This document shows positions 18,115-27,659 of a DNA stretch of 64,000 nucleotides, one piece after another. Location of the stretch: IMG/VR virus record IMGVR_UViG_3300028920_000023, one strand, 5' to 3'. The notes under the pieces are model-generated. The model was not told the DNA's origin and did no database searches. It saw only the letters and a program-made list of their open reading frames with translations. The stretch comes from a virus. Lineage: Duplodnaviria; Caudoviricetes. Each line of letters opens with the position of its first letter. Position 1 is the first letter of the stretch. The translations under genes were made by a program, and so were the position numbers.

Positions 18115-19359
18115 ATGCGTAAATATATGCTCGTATTTCTGTTAACACCATCTTTGCTCCTAGCCTCATCAAGGTTATGGGACGCCAAAGAAGAAGCCAA
18201 CATCGTAAGGAAAGATTACACAGGGAAAGAAGTCACGATAGCTGTCATCGGCACGCGAATAACCGATGACGGCACCAACTTTCAAAACAGAATAATACAC
18301 ACAGAACTGATAGCAGACACAGAAAGATCAGACCACGAAACCCATGTGGCATCAATCATAGCCAGCAACGGTGTCCATTACGGAATAGCCCCAGACTCCA
18401 AAATCATATCAGTCGTAATCTATGGAGATCCAAGCACAGAGAACATCCTGAAAGCCCTAAATTGGATCGCTGACAACAAAGAAAACTTTAGTATCGACAT
18501 AATAAACTTCAGTTCCGCATTCCGGGAAACCCCCTATGAGACCACCAAAAAACCCGGAATGTTATCCTTAACACTAGAAAGATTAAAAAAACTAGGCATC
18601 TTAATTATCTGTTCAAGCGGTAACAAACCAATCGACAGTATGGCTTACCCAGCATACGACCCGTCAGTGGTATCTGTGGCTGGGTACGACAAAGGAAACA
18701 CCATCTCCTCGTTCAGTTATAGTTCGATTTTCGCACCCGGCAACATCCTAGCAGCAAGCCACGAAGCCCCCTGGTCAGCCATCCGAAGAGACGGCTCATC
18801 TATGGCCGCTCCCGTAGTCACAGGAGCTTGCGCAAGATACATCGAAGCATATCGCAAGAACTACGGAACAACACCAAGCCCAGACAAAGTACAAAACATA
18901 ATCTTCGCGACAGCAAGAAGCGAATTCCTAAATGATGGCAAACTGCTCAGAAGGCTGCTCGATGCAGACAAGATGCTAGCCGAATTCCCAACATCGAACT
19001 ACGGAGAACTAACAGTACACACATCAAGATCCCGCACGAAAATCAGAAGAGCATCTATAATGCTCAAAGCAAGATACGAAGGCGAATTGACACTCCCTTT
19101 CACACTGGAATCCGGCCACTTCAGATACCGAGTAACTTCCTGGGAACAGAAAAAACCTGTTAAACTCAGAAAAACCAAAAGAACCATCAGACTCAAAATA
19201 AGGTGGCCCGAAGCATTCGTGTGGAAAAATCTGATCGGACAATCCGTCAAAATAATCCTCGATAAAGAAGTGAGGACATCACGCAAAGATGACCGCCACA
19301 ATACGAGCAGAAAGGAGGACGACCGGTGCAAACAACCGAAGAAATACAGGAGACAATAG
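18115..19359 (+). CDS. subtilisin-like (S8) protease homolog with signal peptide
   Basis: HETHVAS, SSGN and GSSMAAPVVTG motifs; hydrophobic N-terminus; the catalytic Asp position reads AVIGT. Confidence 0.85.
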   Translation: MRKYMLVFLLTPSLLLASSRLWDAKEEANIVRKDYTGKEVTIAVIGTRITDDGTNFQNRIIHTELIADTERSDHETHVASIIASNGVHYGIAPDSKIISVVIYGDPSTENILKALNWIADNKENFSIDIINFSSAFRETPYETTKKPGMLSLTLERLKKLGILIICSSGNKPIDSMAYPAYDPSVVSVAGYDKGNTISSFSYSSIFAPGNILAASHEAPWSAIRRDGSSMAAPVVTGACARYIEAYRKNYGTTPSPDKVQNIIFATARSEFLNDGKLLRRLLDADKMLAEFPTSNYGELTVHTSRSRTKIRRASIMLKARYEGELTLPFTLESGHFRYRVTSWEQKKPVKLRKTKRTIRLKIRWPEAFVWKNLIGQSVKIILDKEVRTSRKDDRHNTSRKEDDRCKQPKKYRRQ

Positions 19360-20003
19360 CCCTGTGGGGCGACAAATATCACAACGCAACCATCTCCAGG
19401 AAAGTCATAGAATTCAAAATACTCCTCACATCCTTCGAACTTATGATACCACAACGCGCAAACTCGCCTTGGGTCCTCGCAGCAGACGGAAAAACGCTAC
19501 TACGGACCAATAAAACAGGCAGAGCACTGCTGGGCATCGTCGAACACAAAGCAATCAAACGAGCCAAAGAAGACGAACTAAAGACCTTAGAGACCCACCT
19601 AAACAAAGCCAGAGACTATGGGTGGTGGGACGCGCTTCTCCTGAGAATGGTCCAAAACAGGCTATATCGCGGGAACGTGTATAGGGGGATCAACGCAGAG
19701 GAACGAATCAATAACACCCTCAAAATTCACGTAAGACAAGGCTATCGCTTTTTGCTAACCTTCAGAAAAAAGGACGTATATCTTGAGCTGTCCTTGGGCA
19801 GTCGTGACAACAGATACACAATAGGAACCACACAGATCTACAAAATAGATATCACAGACCCGAAATTCGACATCTACGACGCAGCAGAAATACTCGCAGA
19901 ACAAATAACCGAACTCCGTCAGAAAATAAACAACCAAATAAGCTTATTAAACGACTTCTGTGTCAGCGAGATGATCAAAATAGGACCAGATACCCCAAGT
20001 TAA
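19326..20003 (+). CDS. hypothetical protein (225 aa)
   Basis: AAAGGAGG RBS + GTG. Confidence 0.7.
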   Translation: MQTTEEIQETIALWGDKYHNATISRKVIEFKILLTSFELMIPQRANSPWVLAADGKTLLRTNKTGRALLGIVEHKAIKRAKEDELKTLETHLNKARDYGWWDALLLRMVQNRLYRGNVYRGINAEERINNTLKIHVRQGYRFLLTFRKKDVYLELSLGSRDNRYTIGTTQIYKIDITDPKFDIYDAAEILAEQITELRQKINNQISLLNDFCVSEMIKIGPDTPS

Positions 20004-20044
20004 ATTTCATACCTCGCCAGATACCACAAACAGGAGGAGGCAGA

Positions 20045-20374
20045 ATGCACAGAGTGACGCCCGAAAACAGCGGAGCAAGCCAAACCGCATGCAACATCAT
20101 AAACAGAATCCTACAAACCGACGGCATGAAGAGCATACCGACGGAAGACGGATACCCAGAATACCTAGCCAGGGTAACCGACGAAGAAATAGCTCTCGGT
20201 AAAGCCCTAGAAGGAACAAGACGAAGTTTGGCCGAAACCAAACTTCGTCGGCTAAAAGAAGAAAAACCCGGAAGCAAAACCAACCTCTACGCAGACGGAA
20301 CCCTGTGGTACGCACTCACAGAATCCGACAAAGACGTCCTCACCAAAAACGGAACACAGCTCAAGGAGGAATAA
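20045..20374 (+). CDS. hypothetical protein (109 aa)
   Basis: GGAGGAGG RBS. Confidence 0.7.
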   Translation: MHRVTPENSGASQTACNIINRILQTDGMKSIPTEDGYPEYLARVTDEEIALGKALEGTRRSLAETKLRRLKEEKPGSKTNLYADGTLWYALTESDKDVLTKNGTQLKEE

Positions 20375-20718
20375 TGCTACAATTCAACGAAGCATCGAAA
20401 AAAGCATACGACGAAGTAAGGGAATTCATAAGCACACTGCCCGAGGAAGAAGGCAAAAAACTCCTCACAAACTTCCAAGAAAAACTCGACTACCTAGGCA
20501 CATACGCCTGTGACAAGGAAAACCCACACAAAACACGCTGCGACATCCACACCGACTTCGCAGACCTATCATTTTCCTTCGCTATGCACAAGAAAAACGA
20601 GATAGGCGAATACGAATACTGGTTCAATGGTGGTCTGGTCTACCATGGCCCACACAAAACCAAAGATCCCTTGTCCGTCTGTATCGGCAGGGAAGATGGC
20701 TGGTCGATCCATACCTAG
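20374..20718 (+). CDS. DUF4120-like protein
   Basis: DFA.LSF.F...GGLVYHG...GWSIHT C-terminal signature. Confidence 0.75.
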   Translation: MLQFNEASKKAYDEVREFISTLPEEEGKKLLTNFQEKLDYLGTYACDKENPHKTRCDIHTDFADLSFSFAMHKKNEIGEYEYWFNGGLVYHGPHKTKDPLSVCIGREDGWSIHT

Positions 20719-20761
20719 AAGTCTGGTCGATACCTAAACACAAACCCTAAAGGAGAAAAAG

Positions 20762-21121
20762 ATGAGTCACAAAGTTTCGATGAAAGTCAAGATGGAAGAC
20801 CGAGACTGCCTCAAAACAGTCTGTGAACGACTTGGGGTCTCCTACCAAGAAGGAAAGCACAGCGTGCGTTTCTATTCGCAGACCGTGAATACCGAGTTCA
20901 GCTTCCAACTCGAAGGATGGAAATACCCCTGCGCACTGACCGAAGAAGGGGTCGAATTCGACAACTACAACGGATCCTGGGGCAAACCCCAACAACTACA
21001 CAAATTCAATCAAGAATACTGCAAGGAAGTAGCCGAGCAAGAACTCAATGCCCAGGGGATGTACCTCCAGGAAACAGAAGTCGAAGCCGACGGAAGCCTG
21101 ACCCTAATCTACGAAGGCTAG
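20762..21121 (+). CDS. DUF1257 (Ycf35-like) protein
   Basis: MSHxVxMKVKMxDxxCL..CERLG start; F..EY.K..A...L...G pattern. Confidence 0.75.
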   Translation: MSHKVSMKVKMEDRDCLKTVCERLGVSYQEGKHSVRFYSQTVNTEFSFQLEGWKYPCALTEEGVEFDNYNGSWGKPQQLHKFNQEYCKEVAEQELNAQGMYLQETEVEADGSLTLIYEG

Positions 21122-21129
21122 GAGAAGAC

Positions 21130-21531
21130 ATGCAACAACTGATCATCTTGCGAGGGTTGCCAGGATCGGGAAAGAGCACCCTCGCAGAGAAAATAGCAGG
21201 ACAGAAAAACGCAATAATCTGCTCTACAGACGACTTCTGGCTCTGCAACGACGGCGAATATCGCTTCGAATCCGACAGACTCAAAGAAGCACACGAATGG
21301 TGCCAAAACAAAGCCAGAAAAGCCCTGAAAGAAGGAAAAACAGTCATCATCGACAACTGCAATGTCCTCAGGGCACACATGCAACCATACGAAGAAATGG
21401 CGGAAAATGCCGAGATCGTATACCTCACCTCGCCATTAAATGATAAAGACGCAGAATTCCTGTACTATAACTCGAAGCACCCAGTGCCGCTCGATAAGAT
21501 AAAAGACATGAAGAGGGACTGGGAAGAATGA
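21130..21531 (+). CDS. P-loop kinase (AAA_33 / polynucleotide-kinase-like)
   Basis: LIILRGLPGSGKST Walker A; STDDF; VIIDN. Confidence 0.85.
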   Translation: MQQLIILRGLPGSGKSTLAEKIAGQKNAIICSTDDFWLCNDGEYRFESDRLKEAHEWCQNKARKALKEGKTVIIDNCNVLRAHMQPYEEMAENAEIVYLTSPLNDKDAEFLYYNSKHPVPLDKIKDMKRDWEE

Positions 21532-22196
21532 ACATCCAAGAACTGAAGACCAAAGGATGGGTCAGCATAGACGGAAGAGACCAACTATTCGCAAACCGAC
21601 AGCGCATCGCCCACATGGCCCGTAGCCTCGGAAAGAAATACTGGACATGCGTTATACGCGAGACACTTTACGGCGGTATAGGCAACAAAGAAGAACAACT
21701 CGGAGAGATCTACAAAGAAATCTCCTTCAGAGAAAAACTATCCGGAATCAAAAGCTTCCTCAAGACAATATCTGACATAGGATCAAAATACCACAAATTC
21801 AACAAAAAACACTTCAAATACTGCTCAGTGGATGAACTATTGTATAAACAAGGAAAAGCATTCAAACCAGGGAAATTACCACAAACAATAACCCTACAAA
21901 AACCAAGAGAATGCTTTAAGAATTGTCTATTGCTTGCCTCGGCCATGCCTCAATACAGATACGCCGAGGGTTACGCTATGAATCAGATTCCCCTCGCCCA
22001 CGCTTGGCTGGTGGACAAGGAGGGTCTGGCCATAGACCCAACATGGCCAGAACCGAGCGAAGCTTATTTTGGTATCACAATAGACACGGAGTACGCAGTC
22101 TCGGCCTCTCTTAAGAGAGGTAAGGCCGGATGTTTGGATGATCCGGAAAATGCTTGGCCACTCTTGCGCCATGGTGTTTCTGTTATCAACGTCTGA
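21528..22196 (+). CDS. hypothetical protein with possible Cys-His-Asp (transglutaminase/papain-like) triad
   Basis: ECFKN...EGYA...HAW...IDPTW. Confidence 0.7.
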   Translation: MNIQELKTKGWVSIDGRDQLFANRQRIAHMARSLGKKYWTCVIRETLYGGIGNKEEQLGEIYKEISFREKLSGIKSFLKTISDIGSKYHKFNKKHFKYCSVDELLYKQGKAFKPGKLPQTITLQKPRECFKNCLLLASAMPQYRYAEGYAMNQIPLAHAWLVDKEGLAIDPTWPEPSEAYFGITIDTEYAVSASLKRGKAGCLDDPENAWPLLRHGVSVINV

Positions 22197-22359
22197 TACC
22201 TCCGATCTTTCCTTAAAGTCAATCCGAAGTTCCACGCACAGCGAGCAGCAGGGTCGTCGTGGCAAGATACGCGCCACGACACGCGCATACGGGGAGGATG
22301 CGTCCCCACGCACTTGGGCATTGCGCCCAAAGCGATACACCCTAAGAAAGGAGACACAC

Positions 22360-23562
22360 ATGCATATTTCGCAGTTGAAAGAGGCTATTCTGTTATGCCG
22401 AGAAGCCGGAATCACACCCTGGGTCTGGGGCCACAGAGGACTAGGCAAAAGCAGCCTGGTCAAACAAATCGCCCAATCATACGGAATCGGCTTCCGAGAC
22501 TTCCGTTGCAGCCAAATCGAACACAGCGACCTGCGCGGCCTACCAGACCGCAGCGAGGGAGTAACGAAATACTTCCCACCAGACGAACTCCCCAGGGAGA
22601 TCGACAAAGACGAAGCACTACGCAGACTCGGGGCACAGCACAAAAACCCCCCGGACGAGGAGATAGCCGAACAAGCTAGGAAGATGGTCAGGGAAAACAA
22701 CAACGGCATCATCCTGCTTGATGAGCTGAACCGAGCAGAAGATGACGTGATCCAGGCCAGCTTCCAGCTCGTGCTCGACCGCAGAATCGGAAACTATGAA
22801 CTCCCAGACGGCTGGAGTGTGGTGGTCGCAGGCAATTACCCAGAGGGATACACCACAAACAACTTCGACGACCCAGCCTTTTTGGATCGTTTCTGTCACC
22901 TGGAGCTCACAATCGGTGACGAATACATCGCCGAGTGGGCGTCATATATGCGGAATTACGGCTCCTCGGCCAGGATCATGCAGTTCATCGGTTCGAACAC
23001 GAACCACCTCTGCGGCGATGTCAAAGGCAACCTCAACTTCACAATACAACCCAGCCCGAGAAGCTGGGAAATGCTGGCCAAAGTCGAAGAACACTCCGGT
23101 GACCACAGCCCAGAGGTCGTGCACCAGGTGCGTGTGGGGCTCATCGGAGCTGCCCTTGCACAGCATTATAAGCAATTCTCGTGTAAGGTCGATCCCAAGG
23201 ACGTTATCAACAACGGAACAGGGCAACTCCAGAAGCATAATCTGGACCGAACAGAGACTCAGGGTCTGATGTTCGGCATCCTGAGCCACCTGTCAAATTC
23301 CAAAATCTCACCAAAACAGCGCAACAACGTCCTCGATTTCATGCGCCATCTGGCGAAGAACAAAGAGAGGGATCTGGCTGCGGTGTTCGGCATCCAGCTC
23401 ATCCGGGACGAGGTTAAGGACCAAAGCGCCGTCGGTGCAGTCTTATCAAATCCGAACGTAGCAAAGCTCCTGGCCAGCGGAAAGAAATCTGGCTGGGTAC
23501 CCGCAATCGTGGCTGACAAGGAGTTGACCGCGCTAGTAAGCAAAGCAGCCTGGGGGCAATAA
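22360..23562 (+). CDS. MoxR-type AAA+ ATPase
   Basis: GHRGLGKS Walker A; DLRGLP; ILLDELNRA Walker B; AGN; DPAFLDRF. Confidence 0.9.
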   Translation: MHISQLKEAILLCREAGITPWVWGHRGLGKSSLVKQIAQSYGIGFRDFRCSQIEHSDLRGLPDRSEGVTKYFPPDELPREIDKDEALRRLGAQHKNPPDEEIAEQARKMVRENNNGIILLDELNRAEDDVIQASFQLVLDRRIGNYELPDGWSVVVAGNYPEGYTTNNFDDPAFLDRFCHLELTIGDEYIAEWASYMRNYGSSARIMQFIGSNTNHLCGDVKGNLNFTIQPSPRSWEMLAKVEEHSGDHSPEVVHQVRVGLIGAALAQHYKQFSCKVDPKDVINNGTGQLQKHNLDRTETQGLMFGILSHLSNSKISPKQRNNVLDFMRHLAKNKERDLAAVFGIQLIRDEVKDQSAVGAVLSNPNVAKLLASGKKSGWVPAIVADKELTALVSKAAWGQ

Positions 23563-23563
23563 A

Positions 23564-24886
23564 ATGACAAAAGAGCTTACACATGATCTGCTCATGGGGG
23601 CAAGGGGGAGGCTTCTAGCTCGCTTCCCCTGGTATGGGATCTTCGCATCCCAGATGCTCTTCAAAGAGAGCAAACATTTACCGGCCCCAATGGGCGTAAA
23701 CATCGGCCATAAGGGAATCAACTGCTACTGGAATCCAGAACTGCTGGATCAATACAATATAGACCAGATTATCTGTATCATCCAGCACGAAATCGATCAC
23801 GTAGTCCGTCTTCACTGCGTCCGGTCCTACACCAGACAGAGAACGGCCTGGAACATCGCAGCAGACGCTATCGTGAACGGCAGAAAGAACAGACCGAACA
23901 TCACCGGAAGGAAAAACAAGGACGGCCTTCCCGAAAATTGTATCTGGTATGAGCACGAAGAGGATAACCTCACCACAGAGGAATATTACAAGTGGCTGAA
24001 GGAAACACTCGTTTTCTGCCCCTGTTGTGGTGATCCGGTAGGCCGAAAGAACCAGAACCAAGACGGCCAAGGAGGAGGAGGAGGAGGAGGAGGAGGACAG
24101 GACGGCCAAGAAGCCCAGGACGGCCAAGGAGGAGGACAGGACGGCCAAGAAGACCAGGACGGCCAAGGAGGAGGACAGGACGGCCAAGGGTGCCCGGTCT
24201 GTGGCTCCGGCAGAAGCCCATCCTCTGATGGCAGCAGATTGACCGACGACCACGACTGCTGGGGCGGCACGACAGTCAGCGAGGACCAAGCCAGACAGAT
24301 GGTCGCCACGGCTGCAACAAACTCCTCAAATCAAGCCGGATACACTCCGGGGCATCTTGTGCAAGCCATCGGAGAGTTATTAGAGAGCAAAGTCAACTGG
24401 CAAGCCTTGCTCAGGAAAATCATCGGTCGGAAATGCGGAGCAAAACGCAAGACCTACAGCCGCACCAACCGAAGAACAAAAGCATTCGGAACCAGGGGCG
24501 TCAGTACGCACGGCAGCGACCTACTGGTCGTAGCTGTGGACACTTCAGGCTCCGTAGATGATAAAATGCTGCACCAATTCTTCAGCGAGGTTGAGGCAGT
24601 ATCTCAGCGCTTCAGGATTATGTTGGTGCAGTTTGATCACGAAATACAGTCCGTGGGCACATACCGGAAAGGCGACTGGAAGAAGATTAAAGCCCATGGC
24701 CGTGGGGGCACCTGCTTCATTAACCTCTTCGAGGGTCTAGAGGAACGTAACCTCGTGGGCAAGTTCCATATCGTCTTGACGGATGGCGAAGCTTGTTTCG
24801 GGGACGAGCGTCCCTACCCAGTGCTTTGGGCGATCGATGGAGGTGTGGTCCCCCCATGGGGCCAATACATCAAGGTTGAACCATGA
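23564..24886 (+). CDS. DUF2201-type metallopeptidase + vWA domain protein
   Basis: HEIDH (HEXXH); Gly/Gln/Asp linker; VDTSGS MIDAS; TDG. Confidence 0.9.
   Translation: MTKELTHDLLMGARGRLLARFPWYGIFASQMLFKESKHLPAPMGVNIGHKGINCYWNPELLDQYNIDQIICIIQHEIDHVVRLHCVRSYTRQRTAWNIAADAIVNGRKNRPNITGRKNKDGLPENCIWYEHEEDNLTTEEYYKWLKETLVFCPCCGDPVGRKNQNQDGQGGGGGGGGGQDGQEAQDGQGGGQDGQEDQDGQGGGQDGQGCPVCGSGRSPSSDGSRLTDDHDCWGGTTVSEDQARQMVATAATNSSNQAGYTPGHLVQAIGELLESKVNWQALLRKIIGRKCGAKRKTYSRTNRRTKAFGTRGVSTHGSDLLVVAVDTSGSVDDKMLHQFFSEVEAVSQRFRIMLVQFDHEIQSVGTYRKGDWKKIKAHGRGGTCFINLFEGLEERNLVGKFHIVLTDGEACFGDERPYPVLWAIDGGVVPPWGQYIKVEP
24061..24190 (+). repeat. in-frame tandem repeats encoding a GQ/GG/QD linker
   Basis: Repeated CAGGACGGCCAAG(G/A)AG units and a GGA run. 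Confidence 0.9.
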
Positions 24887-25080
24887 TTGGAGGAGACGTG
24901 AAAAAGAAAACTGAAGCTAGGAGGCAGTTAGGTCAGCTTACCAGGGCTGAACTTATTGCTCGCTGCCTCCAAGCTGAGGAAAATCTGGATTACGAGCGGC
25001 GTAAAGTCTCTCATCGTTGTATCGATGCGCCTTGTCGTGAATGCGATGAGGCCCATAAGAAGGAATGGGGCACAGCCTAA
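24883..25080 (+). CDS. small His/Cys Zn-binding protein
   Basis: H.C.DAPC..C.EAH.K.W motif also at the N-terminus of 26293. Confidence 0.65.
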   Translation: MIGGDVKKKTEARRQLGQLTRAELIARCLQAEENLDYERRKVSHRCIDAPCRECDEAHKKEWGTA

Positions 25081-25131
25081 CCTCGACGGAGGCAGTCACA
25101 ATAGCGGAAGAAACCGCAGAAGGAGGGAAAT

Positions 25132-25317
25132 ATGTCCGAGGTGATAAAGGATGCAAGCGGAAGACCAATTGGCAAAATCGTTACCGAGGTGGACGGAACA
25201 ATAAAGGTTTACGACGATTTGGGCTTGCCAAAAGGCAAAGTCACCGAAGATGGGACTTTCGATGATCTTGGCATCAAGATTAGCTCAGCTCAGGTTCCCG
25301 GTTTGCTTCTAGACTGA
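25132..25317 (+). CDS. hypothetical protein (61 aa) with D..G..G repeats
   Basis: GGAGGG RBS; stop lies inside the next repeat element. Confidence 0.7.
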   Translation: MSEVIKDASGRPIGKIVTEVDGTIKVYDDLGLPKGKVTEDGTFDDLGIKISSAQVPGLLLD

Positions 25318-25351
25318 TGAGCACGAAGCAGAAGGCTTCGTGCTTTCTGCC
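25314..25351 (+). repeat. hammerhead-core-like element, G-C closing variant
   Basis: CTGATGA-G CA C-GAA-GCAGAAGGC ttcgt GCTTTCTGC-C; possible bulged stem I (TTCT-A-GA / TC-AGAA). Confidence 0.8.
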
Positions 25352-25368
25352 TCAGAAAGGAGATCAAC

Positions 25369-25557
25369 ATGACAACAGAAGAAATCCTGGATGTCCTGGC
25401 CCAAGAACTGGGCGAATTGGAGGAATCCGAGCTGGAGAAAAGAGAAATGCTAGATCTGATGATTCACGACAGGCACAAGATTTCGGATCTAGACGAGACG
25501 CATATTAGTCAGATGCGCTTAGAGGACGAGTTCATTTTTGGAGGAGATTGTTCATGA
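25369..25557 (+). CDS. hypothetical acidic protein (62 aa)
   Basis: AAAGGAG RBS. Confidence 0.65.
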   Translation: MTTEEILDVLAQELGELEESELEKREMLDLMIHDRHKISDLDETHISQMRLEDEFIFGGDCS

Positions 25558-25796
25558 AGTACGTGATCACGCAGACGCAGGGAATCAAGCATGTTCTCCT
25601 CTGTTCCGATATCGTTTCTCATGCCGACCTTGCGAAGGGCCACGGAGAGGTTGTTTCTGCGGGAATGGTGGACGTCTATGCTACGGATGGCGAGATTCTG
25701 GTTTCGGTTTACGGAAAGTCCGTAACTCTAAAGACTGAGCCACGTTGGGGCGATGACGAGTTAATCAAAAAGCATCTTACTCCAGAAGTCTATTGA
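25554..25796 (+). CDS. hypothetical protein (80 aa)
   Basis: GGAG RBS; ATGA overlap with the previous stop. Confidence 0.7.
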   Translation: MKYVITQTQGIKHVLLCSDIVSHADLAKGHGEVVSAGMVDVYATDGEILVSVYGKSVTLKTEPRWGDDELIKKHLTPEVY

Positions 25797-25836
25797 TGTA
25801 GTGGGGTTTTGTGCGGGAACCAAGGGGAGCAACAAA

Positions 25837-26007
25837 ATGCTAAATGGAACAAGACTACAGGAAGATTATGTCTTGGCGATGAGGACCTTTCATGAGCGCC
25901 ACCGATCCAAGAAGTTCCGGATCAGAGCGAGACAATGCCTGAAAATCGCTAGACATTTGAAGAAGAAATATGCGGCTAATCCAATGAGCAGGGAGATCAA
26001 AGCATGA
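25837..26007 (+). CDS. hypothetical basic protein (56 aa)
   Basis: GGGGAG RBS. Confidence 0.5.
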   Translation: MLNGTRLQEDYVLAMRTFHERHRSKKFRIRARQCLKIARHLKKKYAANPMSREIKA

Positions 26008-26237
26008 TCATAGAATGCGTCTATGATGACCACACCAGTTACTTCGAGCTGGATGACAGCCACGCCAAACAGCTCCTGGGTGTGTCAGACGCCAACACAG
26101 CAAACGACATAATCACAACCAACGGCAATTCTACAGGCATCTCCTCGGATCTGGATGTAGATGTCGTGCTGGTTTGTGGCTTTGGGTTCGATAAAGCTGA
26201 ATTCCACGAATCAATACGGGAAGCTATGGATCAGTAG
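26004..26237 (+). CDS. hypothetical protein (77 aa)
   Basis: GGGAG RBS; ATGA overlap. Confidence 0.6.
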   Translation: MIIECVYDDHTSYFELDDSHAKQLLGVSDANTANDIITTNGNSTGISSDLDVDVVLVCGFGFDKAEFHESIREAMDQ

Positions 26238-26292
26238 AGTTCGTCTCTGAACGAACCTGACAAGACCTATCTCGCCTAAGGAAGGAGGGAAA

Positions 26293-27117
26293 ATGAACCA
26301 AGAAGAATTAGCCAAGAGAATCAAGAGAACAACGAAAACTGCTCTCAAGCAGCACATAATGGACCTCGGAGAAAAATTAGCCTACCTAGAACGTAAAGTC
26401 GCACATGGCTGTGCCGACGCCCCCTGTGATCTCTGCGAAGAAGCACATAGGAAAGATTGGCCTTGTTGTCGTGTAATCTACTGTCCACAAGAACCAAACG
26501 CAAAGACAGCTATAATCAGATTATCCTTCAAGAAGATCAAATTCAATGGAAGAACGGGTTCCGAGCACTACTGCACCGACCTAGACGAGATAATCGATTA
26601 TCTCCACTCCAAAGACATCTTGCCTCCCGAGGATTTGCCCCCACCAAATGCTCAAAAGTTACTGGAGCTGATACAGGCTGGTTATCTGAGGCACCACACT
26701 CCAAGTAGTTGGAAAAAAGCAATATTCAGCGATCCAAGATTAGCATATAATTACGTCTGTGAGGTCATTGAGGGGCGCTGGCCAGAAGCAGAAAAAACAA
26801 TAAGCAAAGACCCAGAATACGCATATTTATACGCCAGCGAGATTATTAGAGGACGCTGGCCAGAAGCAGAAAAAACAATAGCCCAAGACCCAGAACACGC
26901 GTACCATTACGCCCGTGATATTATCGAAGGACGCTGGCCAGAAGCAGAAAAAACAATAAGCAAAGACCCAGAATACGCGTATTTATACGCATGTGAGGTT
27001 ATTAAAGGACGCTGGCCAGAAGCAGAGAAAACAATAAGGCGCGTATTCTGGGTCTTTGCTTTATATGATGAGCATGTCATCAAGGGACGCAAACATGAAT
27101 CCATCTTTGGCAGCTGA
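26293..27117 (+). CDS. 26-aa helical repeat protein with N-terminal Zn-binding motif
   Basis: Four GRWPEAEKTIxxDPxxAYxYAxxII repeats. Confidence 0.8.
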   Translation: MNQEELAKRIKRTTKTALKQHIMDLGEKLAYLERKVAHGCADAPCDLCEEAHRKDWPCCRVIYCPQEPNAKTAIIRLSFKKIKFNGRTGSEHYCTDLDEIIDYLHSKDILPPEDLPPPNAQKLLELIQAGYLRHHTPSSWKKAIFSDPRLAYNYVCEVIEGRWPEAEKTISKDPEYAYLYASEIIRGRWPEAEKTIAQDPEHAYHYARDIIEGRWPEAEKTISKDPEYAYLYACEVIKGRWPEAEKTIRRVFWVFALYDEHVIKGRKHESIFGS

Positions 27118-27204
27118 CACAACCCGCGCAGCACAAGGTCGCGAGAATAACGTGTGCAGCATGCGACAAGCTCCTGTCTCCCTTGGGCGCATGCCGGCTT
27201 TGCC

Positions 27205-27242
27205 CTGACGAGGTAGCGAATAACTGGCTCTCGCCAGTTAAG
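27205..27242 (+). repeat. hammerhead-core-like element, type B with unrelated stem III sequence
   Basis: CTGACGA-G GTAG C-GAA-TAACTGGC tctc GCCAGTTA-A-G. Confidence 0.85.
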
Positions 27243-27290
27243 GGATGGGCATTCGATGCCTAAGAACAAAACCGACAAAAGGAGCTGAAA

Positions 27291-27659
27291 ATGACAGACA
27301 GACTCAAACAAGCCAAGCAAATCAAAACCGGAAAATACCCAGCCGCACTACGCGACGCAGTGCACAAACTGACAGGAGGTAATAAAAACCACATCTACCC
27401 TCCCCGTATGGGCAACATCAAATGCCCAGGAATCTTATACAGGGATTTTCCGATCTCATTCAGAATTTACTTCACCAAAACCGAAGTCTGCGGAGAACTA
27501 GATCTCGGTCAACCTTCCGAGAGAATACTCTTCCACCAATACGATATCGCAAACCCATCCTTCACATTCGAGTTAGAAGCCGAAGAAATCAAAAAGAAAA
27601 TAGACAAACTATCAGAAGGCCTAACAAAAGCAATCAACACCCTCAAGAGACATCACTAG
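27291..27659 (+). CDS. hypothetical protein (122 aa)
   Basis: AAAGGAG RBS. Confidence 0.7.
   Translation: MTDRLKQAKQIKTGKYPAALRDAVHKLTGGNKNHIYPPRMGNIKCPGILYRDFPISFRIYFTKTEVCGELDLGQPSERILFHQYDIANPSFTFELEAEEIKKKIDKLSEGLTKAINTLKRHH

Noticed and set aside
22193-22215. CTGATACC-TCCGATCTTTCC after the stop of 21528-22196, and CTGTAGA-CGAA before the 50895 hairpin
   Set aside because: Partial resemblance to the element, but the core positions G8/A9 or the G-C pair are missing.
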